64,000 nucleotides of DNA from the NCBI GenBank assembly GCA_964387365.1, contig CAYLWP010000001.1, positions 11,595 through 75,594 of the forward strand, read 5' to 3'. Origin of the DNA: an uncultured Roseburia sp. (GTDB lineage Bacteria; Bacillota; Clostridia; Lachnospirales; Lachnospiraceae). The translations under genes were made by a program, and so were the position numbers. Below are positions 1 to 9,909 of the stretch, piece by piece (position 1 is the first letter of the stretch; the number at the start of each line of letters is the position of its first letter). The notes under the pieces are model-generated. The model searched no databases and was not told the DNA's origin. It saw only the letters and a list, made by a program, of their open reading frames with translations.

Positions 1-2
1 CC

Positions 3-230
3 AGTGTAACCAAGCTTTTGTATCCTGAGGTTGCAAAGCGTTTCAAGGTCAATGACAAGCAGGTAGAACGTGCAATCAGAAACAGTATAGAAACAGCCTG
101 GGTAAAGGGCAATCAGGAGTTCCTTCGGGAGGTCTTTAGGGAAGCCTTTGCCAAGAGTGAGACAAGACCTACGAATACGGAAGTAATCAGGGTGTTGAGA
201 GATTGGATCAGTAAGGAGCAATCGACTTGA
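3..230 (+). CDS. Spo0A C-terminal (DNA-binding) domain protein, 5'-truncated by the window edge
   Basis: The frame is open from the window start: SVTKLLYPEVAKRF...VERAIRNSIETAW...RPTNTE. This matches the Spo0A_C pattern (TKxLYPxIA...VERAIRHAIEVAW...KPTNSE) but is diverged, so probably a paralog rather than Spo0A itself. Confidence 0.8.
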   Translation, partial: SVTKLLYPEVAKRFKVNDKQVERAIRNSIETAWVKGNQEFLREVFREAFAKSETRPTNTEVIRVLRDWISKEQST

Positions 231-1168
231 AAACATATACAAAAACTTTAAGTATTATTGTGCCCTGCTATAATGAAGAGGAAAGCGTGCCGCTGTTTTA
301 TGCGGAAATGAAAAAGCAGGAAGCATTTTTCCATGAAAAGGATATTGAACTGGAATTTATTTTTGTAGATGACGGTTCGAGGGATGCTACTGTTGCAGAG
401 GTGAAAAAGCTGCATGCGCAGGACGAAAGAGTGCATCTGGTATCTTTTTCAAGAAATTTCGGAAAAGAAGCTGCTATTCTGGCAGGCTTGGAGAAGTCCA
501 CTGGTGACTTTACGGTATTGATGGATGCGGATTTGCAGGATCCGCCTGCGATTCTGCCGGAAATGTATGGATATATAGAAGAAGGATATGACTCTGTGGC
601 TACCAGAAGAGTGGACAGAAAGGGCGAGCCGCCGATACGTTCCTTCTTTGCAAGAAGATTTTATGGATTGATGCGTAAGATATCCAAGACAGAGATTGTG
701 GACGGAGCAAGAGATTATCGTCTGATGACAAGACAGGTGACAGATGCGATTATTTCCATGAAGGAATACAATCGTTTTTCTAAAGGAATCTTTGGCTGGG
801 TAGGCTATAAGACAAAGTGGATGGAATATGAGAACGTACAAAGAGTGGCAGGAGAGACAAAATGGTCTTTCTGGAAGTTGTTTTTATATTCGCTGGATGG
901 AATTATGGCATTTTCAACGATGCCGCTTTCTATCGCTTCCCTGTTTGGCATTTTATTCTGTTGCCTGGCATTTATCTTTATGATATTTGTTTTTGTCAGA
1001 GCGTTAATTTATGGTGATCCGGTAGCCGGCTGGCCTTCCATGGTTTGTCTCATTTCCTTTATCGGCGGTGTTCAGCTGCTGTGCCTTGGTATTATGGGAC
1101 AGTATATGAGCAAGCTGTATATGGAGGTAAAGGACAGACCAAAATATCTTGTGAAGGAAACCTTTTGA
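227..1168 (+). CDS. GT2 polyprenyl-phosphate glycosyltransferase (GtrB/YkoT-like)
   Basis: IIVPCYNEE, VDDGSRD, SRNFGKEAA, MDADLQDPP, R..GETKWS motifs and two C-terminal TM helices. TTG start overlaps the upstream stop (TTGA). Confidence 0.9.
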   Translation: MKTYTKTLSIIVPCYNEEESVPLFYAEMKKQEAFFHEKDIELEFIFVDDGSRDATVAEVKKLHAQDERVHLVSFSRNFGKEAAILAGLEKSTGDFTVLMDADLQDPPAILPEMYGYIEEGYDSVATRRVDRKGEPPIRSFFARRFYGLMRKISKTEIVDGARDYRLMTRQVTDAIISMKEYNRFSKGIFGWVGYKTKWMEYENVQRVAGETKWSFWKLFLYSLDGIMAFSTMPLSIASLFGILFCCLAFIFMIFVFVRALIYGDPVAGWPSMVCLISFIGGVQLLCLGIMGQYMSKLYMEVKDRPKYLVKETF

Positions 1169-1191
1169 TTGTTTCAAGGGATAGGATATAG

Positions 1192-1947
1192 ATGATGAAA
1201 GACTTAGTCAGTATTGTTGTGCCGGTTTATCAGGCGGAACGGTTTATTGCAGAGACAATAGAGGCAGTACAGAGGCAGACTTATGAGAATTGGGAGCTGC
1301 TGCTGGTTGATGACTGTTCTAAGGATAAAAGCTGTGATGTGATTGAGAAAATGACGAAGCAGGATGAAAGAATCCGGCTGATACGGCAGGAGACCAATCA
1401 GGGAGCAGCCGAGGCAAGAAATTGCGGTGTCCGTCATGCGCAAGGACGCTATCTTTGCTTTTTGGATTCCGACGATTTGTGGGAGGCGGACAAGCTTTCG
1501 CAGGAGCTTGCTTTTATGCAGGAAAAAAAAGCAAGCTTTGTGTTTACCGGATATGAATTTGCTGACGAAAACGGATGCGGTCTTGGAAAAATTGTAAGGG
1601 TGCCTGAGGAGATCACGTACGCGGAGGCGTTAAAGAATACAACGATTTTCACGTCTACCGTTATGATTGACCGGGCACAAATAAAGGATGAAGATATTTT
1701 TATGCCTGCGATTGCAAGCGAAGATACAGCTACCTGGTGGCATTTGCTCAAGACTTACGGAAAGGCTTATGGTCTTGACAGAAATCTGGTAAAGTACCGC
1801 AGAAGTGGTAATACGCTGTCCTCTAACAAGCTGGTGGCGATTCGGAGAATCTGGCAGCTGTATCGCAAGCAGGAGAGGCTGAATGTGGTATATAGTGCGT
1901 ATTGCATGTGCTTTTGGGCACTGCGCGCCGTTCTTCGAAGAGTGTAA
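1192..1947 (+). CDS. GT2 glycosyltransferase (TuaG-like)
   Basis: VSIVVPVY, VDDCSKD, ARNCG, FLDSDDLW, SLSSNKL-type C-terminus. Confidence 0.9.
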   Translation: MMKDLVSIVVPVYQAERFIAETIEAVQRQTYENWELLLVDDCSKDKSCDVIEKMTKQDERIRLIRQETNQGAAEARNCGVRHAQGRYLCFLDSDDLWEADKLSQELAFMQEKKASFVFTGYEFADENGCGLGKIVRVPEEITYAEALKNTTIFTSTVMIDRAQIKDEDIFMPAIASEDTATWWHLLKTYGKAYGLDRNLVKYRRSGNTLSSNKLVAIRRIWQLYRKQERLNVVYSAYCMCFWALRAVLRRV

Positions 1948-2009
1948 GGATGCTGAAACGTAACTGTGAATGGTGATGGTTACGCAGAATTTGAGTTTGA
2001 GGTGAAAAG

Positions 2010-3407
2010 GTGAAACGCTTAGAGTCTGTAAAAAGAATTATTGTATTGCAGCTTTCCTTAGTTGGATTGATTGTACACACATGCGCGTACATCTATGTAT
2101 GGCATGAGATATATAATGATATTATGCAGAAATATATGTGGAGAAACTTTACCGGAAGAGGCTTCTGGCTGCTTGCAGCTGTATATTTTTTGCTTCTTCT
2201 CTTCTTTGCGGGCACTTATGGTGGCTTGAAAATAGGTTATCTGAAGCCTATGGATGTCTTTTTTTCGCAGGTTCTGACACTTCTTTTTGTAAATGCCATT
2301 TCTTATTTTCAGATATGTTTGCTTTCGTTAAAGATTGTTACGGCGTATCCGATTATTGTTATGACATTGGTTCAGATAGCTGTCTCTGCGGTGTGGACGT
2401 TTATTTGTCAGAGAGTCTATGCACAGCTGTTTCCGCCAAGGAATCTGCTCTTAATCAGCGGAGACAGATCGATAGAAAGCATTCTGCAGAAGTTTGAGAG
2501 CAGAAAGGACAAGTATACAATTGTAAAATGTGTCCATGAGGATGAGGGACAGCATGCGCTGGAGCAGGAGATTCTTGCGCGTTATGACGGTGTCATTCTT
2601 TGGGATATCAATACCGCACTGAGAAATAAACTGTTGAAGTTCTGCTATAGTAAGGATATCCGAGTGTATATGATGCCAAAGATTCCTGATATTATGATTC
2701 AGGGCTCTGCGCAGCTGCATTTATTCGATACACCGATTCTTTTCACCAGAGAATACTCCATGACGGTGGAGCAGAGATTTTTTAAGAGAACGATTGATAT
2801 CGTGTGTTCGTTACTGTTGATTATATTGAGTTCTCCGTTCATGCTGATTACCGCGATTCTGGTGAAGTGCTATGACGGCGGTCCTGTACTGTACAAACAG
2901 GTTCGCTGTACCAGAAATATGCAGGAATTTCAGATTCTGAAGTTCAGAAGTATGCGTACCGATGCCGAGAAGGACGGTGTGGCAAGACTGGCTCAGAAGA
3001 ATGACAGCAGAATAACCCCGATAGGAAAGTTTATCAGGAAGGTCAGACTTGATGAGCTTCCGCAGTTATTCAATATTTTGAAGGGTGAAATGTCTTTTAT
3101 CGGTCCAAGACCGGAAAGACCGGAGATTATCAGGCAGTATATGGAGGAAATGCCGGAGTTTACCTTCAGAACCAAGGTAAAGGCAGGACTTGCCGGGTAT
3201 GCACAGGTGTATGGCAAGTACAATACAACTCCGTATGACAAGCTGAAATTAGATTTATTTTATATTGAGAATTATAGTATATGGCTTGATTTGAAGCTGA
3301 TGCTTCTTACCTTAAAGATTTTATTCCAGCCTGACAGTACCGAGGGCGTGGAGGAGAATCAGATTACTGCAATGAAGGAAATCAAAAAAGAGGAGGAAGA
3401 GAAGTAA
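2010..3407 (+). CDS. Priming polyprenyl glycosylphosphotransferase (sugar transferase)
   Basis: N-terminal TM helices plus Bac_transf motifs KRTIDI, KFRSM, DSRITPIGKFIRKVRLDELPQLFNILKGEMSFIGPRPERP. Confidence 0.93.
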   Translation: MKRLESVKRIIVLQLSLVGLIVHTCAYIYVWHEIYNDIMQKYMWRNFTGRGFWLLAAVYFLLLLFFAGTYGGLKIGYLKPMDVFFSQVLTLLFVNAISYFQICLLSLKIVTAYPIIVMTLVQIAVSAVWTFICQRVYAQLFPPRNLLLISGDRSIESILQKFESRKDKYTIVKCVHEDEGQHALEQEILARYDGVILWDINTALRNKLLKFCYSKDIRVYMMPKIPDIMIQGSAQLHLFDTPILFTREYSMTVEQRFFKRTIDIVCSLLLIILSSPFMLITAILVKCYDGGPVLYKQVRCTRNMQEFQILKFRSMRTDAEKDGVARLAQKNDSRITPIGKFIRKVRLDELPQLFNILKGEMSFIGPRPERPEIIRQYMEEMPEFTFRTKVKAGLAGYAQVYGKYNTTPYDKLKLDLFYIENYSIWLDLKLMLLTLKILFQPDSTEGVEENQITAMKEIKKEEEEK

Positions 3408-4504
3408 TGCAGGCTTTTGAATCAAAGTATTGGCAGGAGGGTATCGATAGCAAGGCATTGCTTGTATGCTTCCTGCAAAAATTGCCATATTTGCTTCTGA
3501 TGGGAGTGGCCGGTGCCGTTTTAGGCAGCGGTCTCTATTTGCTTATAACGGTCATGACTTCGGAAGGCACGCAGTATCAGTCAGTAACGAAATATTATAT
3601 TGACTTTGCAGACGGAAGACTGGAGGCAAAGGATTATTATAATGCCTTTACCTGGAATGATAACATGACAATAGATGATATTCTCGGCAATACCATGACG
3701 ATTCTTGGAGAAGGCGTGGAACGCGAGAAGGTAGGAGAAATGATAACAGCTGATATTTTATCAGATGTGAGATATTTGACGGTAACCGTAACCGGTAGTG
3801 ATGCAGAGTTTGTAGGTAAAGTCAGTGAGGCAACCGCAGTGTCTCTGGAACGGTTCGGAACTACTAAGGATGAATTTGATTCTATCACAAGGATTGAGGA
3901 TAAAGGTGTAAAACAGGTAGAAGAGCCTCTCTTTACCTGGCGCGCGGCCGTGCTTGGTGCGTTGGTTGGATTTGGGCTTGGCGTATTTTTGCTTGTGGCA
4001 GATTTTAGTCTTGGCAGTAAATTCTATACCAAGAGAGACATTAGCTGTAGACTTGGTATTCCGGTATTTGGTCTGCTGTATCGTACAGGCAATGCAGCTG
4101 CGGGAATGAAGCAAGGAGTATTGCTGCAAAAGGAGTTACAGGAAAAGGCATTGCAGCTTGCCCTGCAGTATCGCTTAGAGCAGGAAACCTCGAAAACTGT
4201 GGTTCTGATGGATGCTCTGGATGGAGCACTTGCGCAAAGTATCAAGAATTCCTTGGATACGCTGTGTGACAGCAGGGAGCTTGTTGCAGAGCTGACAGTA
4301 CAGAAGACACCGGTACGGAGCAAAGAGGAATATACTGCTATCAGGGAGTCGGCAGGCGTAATCATGGTGGTTCCGTTTGCAAGAGCTTACAGAGAAGCGG
4401 CAAAGGAGCTGCTTGACCAATTGGAGAATCAGGAGTGCACTGTACTTGGTGCTGTTCTTGCGGATGTTGACTTATGCTGGATGAAGCTTTACGGAAATAA
4501 ATAG
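3407..4504 (+). CDS. Wzz/CpsC-like chain-length regulator with a degenerate C-terminal domain
   Basis: Two TM segments flanking an extracytoplasmic loop, an 'LGIPVFGLL' motif, and a tail resembling the CpsD end (VLGAVL). No Walker A motif seen. Confidence 0.6.
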   Translation: MQAFESKYWQEGIDSKALLVCFLQKLPYLLLMGVAGAVLGSGLYLLITVMTSEGTQYQSVTKYYIDFADGRLEAKDYYNAFTWNDNMTIDDILGNTMTILGEGVEREKVGEMITADILSDVRYLTVTVTGSDAEFVGKVSEATAVSLERFGTTKDEFDSITRIEDKGVKQVEEPLFTWRAAVLGALVGFGLGVFLLVADFSLGSKFYTKRDISCRLGIPVFGLLYRTGNAAAGMKQGVLLQKELQEKALQLALQYRLEQETSKTVVLMDALDGALAQSIKNSLDTLCDSRELVAELTVQKTPVRSKEEYTAIRESAGVIMVVPFARAYREAAKELLDQLENQECTVLGAVLADVDLCWMKLYGNK

Positions 4505-4573
4505 CGGAACGGTTTTACTGTTTGCAGAATGTGTGTGACGCAGATGGTTTATGCCGGCTGGAGGAAAGAAAAG

Positions 4574-5356
4574 ATGAGCTTACAGGTTCTTGTTTCTGCT
4601 GTGAGACAGGAGGTCTCTACCTTGGCAGAACGGATGCATCTGGAAAGTGATGCAATTATTATCAATCAGACAGATACCTTTGCATACGAGGAATATGAGC
4701 ATGCGAGGAAAAAGATAAGCTGCTACAGCTTTGCGGAAAAGGGTGTGGGCCTAAGCCGTAATAACGCCCTGATTCGTGCAACTGCGGATATTGTGCTTTT
4801 TTCAGATGAGGATATTGTTTATGACGAAGGCTATGAAAGGATGATTCTGGAGGAGTTTGAGAAGCATCCGGAGGCTGATATGCTGTTATTTAATATGCGC
4901 GTGGGAGAGACGAGAGCGACGTATCATACGGAGCAGTTTCACAGGGTGCATATCTGGAATGCAGGACGCTATCCAACCTATTCCTTTGCAGTGAGAAGAG
5001 AAAAGCTGCATGCAGCGCACATTACCTTTTCATTGTTGTTCGGAGGCGGTGCAAAGTACAGCAATGGTGAGGACAGTTTATTCTTAAAGGACTGTCTGAA
5101 CTACGGCTTAAAAGTATATGCGGTTCCTGTTACGATAGGTACGGAGATAGAACGGGAATCCACCTGGTTTAACGGATACCACGAGAAGTTTTTCACAGAC
5201 AGAGGTGTATTATATCACTTTCTGTACGGAAAGCTTGCCGTACCAATGGCAATGCGTTTTCTCGTGGCACATGGAGCTGTGATGTGTCAGGAGATTCCGA
5301 GAAAGGAAGCGTTTGCCATGATGAAGCGCGGAATTGCTTCCGTGCGGCATCTGTAA
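4574..5356 (+). CDS. GT2/GT-A glycosyltransferase
   Basis: GVGLSRN, LFSDEDI, FGGGAKYSNGEDS motifs. Start moved to the ATG at 4574, downstream of a GGAGG RBS. Confidence 0.85.
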   Translation: MSLQVLVSAVRQEVSTLAERMHLESDAIIINQTDTFAYEEYEHARKKISCYSFAEKGVGLSRNNALIRATADIVLFSDEDIVYDEGYERMILEEFEKHPEADMLLFNMRVGETRATYHTEQFHRVHIWNAGRYPTYSFAVRREKLHAAHITFSLLFGGGAKYSNGEDSLFLKDCLNYGLKVYAVPVTIGTEIERESTWFNGYHEKFFTDRGVLYHFLYGKLAVPMAMRFLVAHGAVMCQEIPRKEAFAMMKRGIASVRHL

Positions 5357-5408
5357 AATAACAAGTGATTGGGAAACTGTGTAGTAGCTAAGATTAAAGG
5401 AGTATTTT

Positions 5409-6557
5409 ATGTCAGCAGACATGCAAATATCGATTTTTCTATATATGCTGATTGCCTTAGTAACCCAGCGTTTGGCAGGCTTTGTACGGGTAGGAGCAGG
5501 CGGACAGCAGGAACGTGAAAAAAGTGCATATACAGCAGATGGCCTGCTGACAAGACGAAGTCTTCGCAATCGTCTGTATCTGGTAGGAATCTTTGTGATT
5601 CTCTTTCTCTGTTCTGCGCTTCGCTTTGACGTGGGAAATGACTACAGAAATTATACGCAGACTGCCCATGAGGCCTTTGTGGGCGGTTATGTGGTAACAG
5701 AGGTGGGATTTAACTATCTGGTAAGAATCGTCTACACACTGGCAGGCGGTGAATATTATGAGCTTGTCTTTGCCGTGTTTGCCTTTGTGACAATTCTTAT
5801 TTTCCTAAAGGCGTTCTATGAGCAGAGTGTGGACTTTGCGTGGACCTATTTTCTGTTTATGACCTTGGGTTTGTACTTTCAGACATTTAATACCGTACGT
5901 TATTATTTAGCACTTGCGATTGCCTTGTATGCGATGCGCTATGTACTGAGCAGGGATGCAATCAAGTTTATCTTCTGGATTGTACTGGCGTCGCTGTTTC
6001 ATAAGTCGGTGCTGCTGACCATACCGGTATACTGGATGGCTTCCTACGCGTGGAGACAGTGGATGATTTATGCAGGAATCGGACTTAGTGCTGTATGCTT
6101 TCTGGCAAAGGGACTAGTGTTAAAGGTAGCATTGTTACTATATCCATCCTATGAAAATACCATATATCTGGATGGCGGAATAAGCTATGCGGGTATTGCA
6201 AGAGGTCTTCTGGTACTGGCACTGCATATGTGGTATTGCAGGAATTATCCGAAGGAGAAGGAAGACAAGGAGCTGCGTTTCTACGCACAGCTTAATCTAT
6301 TGTCCATTGTGGTATCTGCATTCTTTTCGTTTTTGCCGGTGGTAACCAGAATTGCATACTATTTTTCGATATCGCAACTCTTGATGATACCCAGGATTAT
6401 ATATGGAATCACGGATGAGAAGCAGAAAAAGAGAATGAAACAAATTATTGTAATAGCGTGTGTTATTTATTTTGTAGCGTTTTTAGCAACTGCTCATCAG
6501 CCGGGCGTGGGACTGCTACCGTACAGGAGCTGGTTGTTTGAGAGTGAGGTAGAATGA
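5409..6557 (+). CDS. EpsG-family polysaccharide polymerase (Wzy-like)
   Basis: Multi-TM protein with LRFDVGNDYRNY, TEVGF, FNTVRYYLA, FHKS, RIAYYF and PYRS motifs typical of the EpsG family. Confidence 0.85.
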   Translation: MSADMQISIFLYMLIALVTQRLAGFVRVGAGGQQEREKSAYTADGLLTRRSLRNRLYLVGIFVILFLCSALRFDVGNDYRNYTQTAHEAFVGGYVVTEVGFNYLVRIVYTLAGGEYYELVFAVFAFVTILIFLKAFYEQSVDFAWTYFLFMTLGLYFQTFNTVRYYLALAIALYAMRYVLSRDAIKFIFWIVLASLFHKSVLLTIPVYWMASYAWRQWMIYAGIGLSAVCFLAKGLVLKVALLLYPSYENTIYLDGGISYAGIARGLLVLALHMWYCRNYPKEKEDKELRFYAQLNLLSIVVSAFFSFLPVVTRIAYYFSISQLLMIPRIIYGITDEKQKKRMKQIIVIACVIYFVAFLATAHQPGVGLLPYRSWLFESEVE

Positions 6558-7396
6558 GAGAGAATATCAGGGACATTAAGTACAGTATTATAGTAGTCTG
6601 TCTGAATGCAGGTCAGAGACTACCGGACACCATAGAAAGTATCATACAGCAGACCTATCCGAATTATGAGATTATCATCAAGGACGGTGGCTCTACGGAC
6701 GGTTCGGTGGAGCAGGCAGAACAGCTTTTTGCGGAAAATACCGACAGGATAAAGATTTACAGAGAGAAGGATACGGGTATCTACGATGCCATGAATCAGG
6801 CATGTGCCTATGCAACGGGCGATTATTATCTGTTTCTCAATACAGGAGATTCCTTCTATGATGAACAGGTTTTAGATAAAATAACAGATGGTATTATTAA
6901 AAAAACGGAGGAGCTTGGCACGAATCCGGATATTGTATACGGTAATCTGTATCATAAGGCGCTCGACAATATCATTTATGCGGCGCCGCAGATGAATGAT
7001 TTTACCTGTTACCGTAATGTACCCTGTCACCAGACCTGCTTTTATCACAGAGCAATGTTTGAGGAACGAGGCTACAATACGAGATATAATGTCAGAGCAG
7101 ACTATGAACATTTTTTATGGTGTTATTATGAGAATCATGCAAAGATATGCTATCTTCCGATTATGACGGCTTCCTATGAAGGTGGCGGTTATTCCGAGAC
7201 TAAGGAGCACAAAAAGCAGTCAACACAACAACACAGGGAGATTACGCAACGTTATATGGGGAAGCGAAAGGCATTTCAGTACAGAATGATTATGCTGTTA
7301 ACGCTGGCACCGCTTCGTACTGCGATTGCTGACAATAAATATTTATCAGGAATTTATAATGACATTAAGACCTTTATTTATTCGTTAAAGAAGTAG
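6554..7396 (+). CDS. GT2 glycosyltransferase (WcaE/WfgS-like)
   Basis: DGGSTDGS, EKDTGIYDAMN, FLNTGD, CHQ, ADYE motifs. Confidence 0.9.
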   Translation: MRENIRDIKYSIIVVCLNAGQRLPDTIESIIQQTYPNYEIIIKDGGSTDGSVEQAEQLFAENTDRIKIYREKDTGIYDAMNQACAYATGDYYLFLNTGDSFYDEQVLDKITDGIIKKTEELGTNPDIVYGNLYHKALDNIIYAAPQMNDFTCYRNVPCHQTCFYHRAMFEERGYNTRYNVRADYEHFLWCYYENHAKICYLPIMTASYEGGGYSETKEHKKQSTQQHREITQRYMGKRKAFQYRMIMLLTLAPLRTAIADNKYLSGIYNDIKTFIYSLKK

Positions 7397-7406
7397 GAGG
7401 GATTCT

Positions 7407-8708
7407 ATGAAGGTATTATGGTTGTGTAATATTATGTTACCGTTTATCGCAAAGAGTCTGGGGCATAAAATAGTCGTAAAGGAAGGCTGGCTGTCAGGAC
7501 TGGCGGACAAGCTGATACAGAATCAGGATAACAATAACATAACACTTGCTATTTGTTTCCCGGTATCGGATGATTTTAAGTTTGCAGAGGGAGATCAGTC
7601 CCTTTATTATAAAAATTCCGCAAAGGGTGTTTCCTATTATGTATTCCGTGAGGATACCCTGCATCCGGAGAATTACGATGCCTCTATTGAGGAAAGTCTT
7701 GGAGCCATTGTACGGGATTTTGAGCCGGATGTGGTTCATATCTTCGGAACGGAGTTCCCGCATACCCTTGCTATGGCAAGGGCCTTTGGAAGGCCGGAGA
7801 ACATACTGGTTGGTATGCAGGGACTATGTGGTGCCATTGCCGGCGTGTATATGGCAGACCTGCCTGCGGATGTACAGAAAAAGAAAACCTTCCGCGACAT
7901 ACTGAAAAAGGATGGATTAATCGAGCAACAGCAGAAATTTGCAGAACGCGGTAAAAACGAAAAGGAAGCCCTTGCTCTTGTAGGTCATGTTACGGGAAGA
8001 ACTGATTTTGACCGTGAATGGACAAAAAAGCTTGCACCGCAGGCGAAATATCACTTTATGAATGAAACGCTTCGTGAGGAATTTTATCATGACAGCTGGA
8101 ATATAGACAGAATACAGCGCCATTCCCTGTTTTTGAGTCAGGGAAATTATCCGATTAAGGGTCTGCATTATGTACTGGATATCCTTCCGGACATCGTAGA
8201 GCAATATCCGGAGACAGTGCTGTATGTGGCGGGAGATGTGATTACTGCCAACCAAAGTCTCAAGGATAAGATTAAAATCTCAGGCTACGGAAAGTATCTT
8301 TTAGATATGATTCGTAAGAAAAAGCTGGAGAAGCATGTGAAGTTTGTCGGAAGACTGCATGCAGATAAGATTTGTGCCAGATATTTAAAAACACATGTTT
8401 TTCTATGCCCTTCCGCCATAGAGAATTCGCCGAATTCGGTGGGGGAGGCCATGCTGCTGGGGGTACCGGTGGTCGCTGCGGATGTAGGAGGTGTTCATAA
8501 CCTGCTCGCACACAATCAGGACGGTATTCTTTATGAGAAGAATAAGCCACAGCAGATGAAGGAAGCAATCCTTCGCCTGTTCGAGGATGACAAGCTTGCA
8601 ATGAGCTTTTCCTCTAATGCCCGTGCTCATGCAAAACAGACGCATGACGCGGAGAAGAATTACAACAGATTATTGGAGATATATCATGAAATTAACCATA
8701 GTATCTAA
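7407..8708 (+). CDS. GT4 glycosyltransferase
   Basis: HIFGTE, KGLH, and ENSPNSVGEAMLLGVPVV (EX7E motif). Confidence 0.9.
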   Translation: MKVLWLCNIMLPFIAKSLGHKIVVKEGWLSGLADKLIQNQDNNNITLAICFPVSDDFKFAEGDQSLYYKNSAKGVSYYVFREDTLHPENYDASIEESLGAIVRDFEPDVVHIFGTEFPHTLAMARAFGRPENILVGMQGLCGAIAGVYMADLPADVQKKKTFRDILKKDGLIEQQQKFAERGKNEKEALALVGHVTGRTDFDREWTKKLAPQAKYHFMNETLREEFYHDSWNIDRIQRHSLFLSQGNYPIKGLHYVLDILPDIVEQYPETVLYVAGDVITANQSLKDKIKISGYGKYLLDMIRKKKLEKHVKFVGRLHADKICARYLKTHVFLCPSAIENSPNSVGEAMLLGVPVVAADVGGVHNLLAHNQDGILYEKNKPQQMKEAILRLFEDDKLAMSFSSNARAHAKQTHDAEKNYNRLLEIYHEINHSI

Positions 8709-9909
8709 CTATATCAATCACCATCAGATACCGTTAGCAAATGAATTGTATAAGAAGCTGGGAAGCGGATTTACCTTTATACAGACAGAGCCTATGGAAG
8801 AAGACCGTATAAAAATGGGATGGGGAAGCGAAGTAAACTCTATTCCGTATCTGAAGCTCTATTATGAAGAGAGTGAAGCCTGTGCAGCGCTGATTATGAA
8901 CAGCGATATCGTAATCTTTGGCGGTGTAGAGGATGAGAGCTATATTAAGCCAAGACTGCAGGCAGGAAAGATTGTAATCCGTTCCAGTGAGAGACTGTAT
9001 CGCGAAGGACAGTGGAAGGCAATCTCTCCAAGAGGTTTGAAAAAGAAGCATGAGGATCATACACAGTACCGTGACAAAGAGGTATATCTGCTCTGTAACG
9101 GTGCATATGTAGCCTCTGATTTTGAGATTGTAAAGGCGTACCCGGATAAGAAGTTTAAGTGGGGATATTTTCCAGCAGTGCATGAATACCAGATGGATTC
9201 TCTTTTTTTCCGTAAGCTTCATCTCGACGGCAACGGACATCATCAGGTAAGAATCCTGTGGGCCGGACGCTTTTTAAGGCTGAAGCATCCGGAATATGCA
9301 ATAAAAATCGCACGTTATTTAAAAAAGAGAGGGATTTCCTTCCATCTTGACATGGTAGGAGGCGGTGAGCTGGAGGATAAGCTGCGCCGCATGGTGAAGA
9401 GCAGTGGCCTGCAGGAGGATGTAACCTTTCATGGTTTTCAACCTCCCAAGAATGTCAGAAGATTTATGGAGGAGTCCGATATCTTCCTGTTCACCAGTGA
9501 TTATCTGGAAGGTTGGGGTGCGGTCTTAAATGAGGCAATGAACAGTGCCTGCGCCGTTGTGGCAGGGCATGGAATCGGAGCGGTTCCGTTTTTGCTGCAG
9601 CATGAGGAGAACGGTCTGGTATATAAGACCGGAGACTATAAGGAATTCGAGGAGCTGGTATATAGGCTGGTCACAGACCCTGAACTCTGTAAAAAACTGG
9701 GACTTCGTGCCTATGACACCATTGTGACGCAGTGGAATCCGAAGGAGGCGGCAAAGCGTCTGCACCGGTTCTGTAAGGGACTTCTGTATGGAAATGTGGA
9801 TGTACCTGAGGTAGGACCTCTTAGCATAGCACCTGTTATCAAACCAAAAGAGGGCTATGATTATGCCAGAAATCCGTATATCAAGCGTCAGGAGTTAACA
9901 GAGCAATGA
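8686..9909 (+). CDS. GT4 glycosyltransferase
   Basis: WAGRFLRLKHP and EGWGAVLNEAM (EX7E). Start at ATG 8686 after GGAG. Confidence 0.9.
   Translation: MKLTIVSNYINHHQIPLANELYKKLGSGFTFIQTEPMEEDRIKMGWGSEVNSIPYLKLYYEESEACAALIMNSDIVIFGGVEDESYIKPRLQAGKIVIRSSERLYREGQWKAISPRGLKKKHEDHTQYRDKEVYLLCNGAYVASDFEIVKAYPDKKFKWGYFPAVHEYQMDSLFFRKLHLDGNGHHQVRILWAGRFLRLKHPEYAIKIARYLKKRGISFHLDMVGGGELEDKLRRMVKSSGLQEDVTFHGFQPPKNVRRFMEESDIFLFTSDYLEGWGAVLNEAMNSACAVVAGHGIGAVPFLLQHEENGLVYKTGDYKEFEELVYRLVTDPELCKKLGLRAYDTIVTQWNPKEAAKRLHRFCKGLLYGNVDVPEVGPLSIAPVIKPKEGYDYARNPYIKRQELTEQ

Noticed and set aside
1521-1530. A8 run (and other A7-8/T7-8 runs) as phase-variation tracts
   Set aside because: They are short, in frame and expected in an AT-rich genome; no long poly-G/C or dinucleotide tracts were seen in coding starts or promoters.
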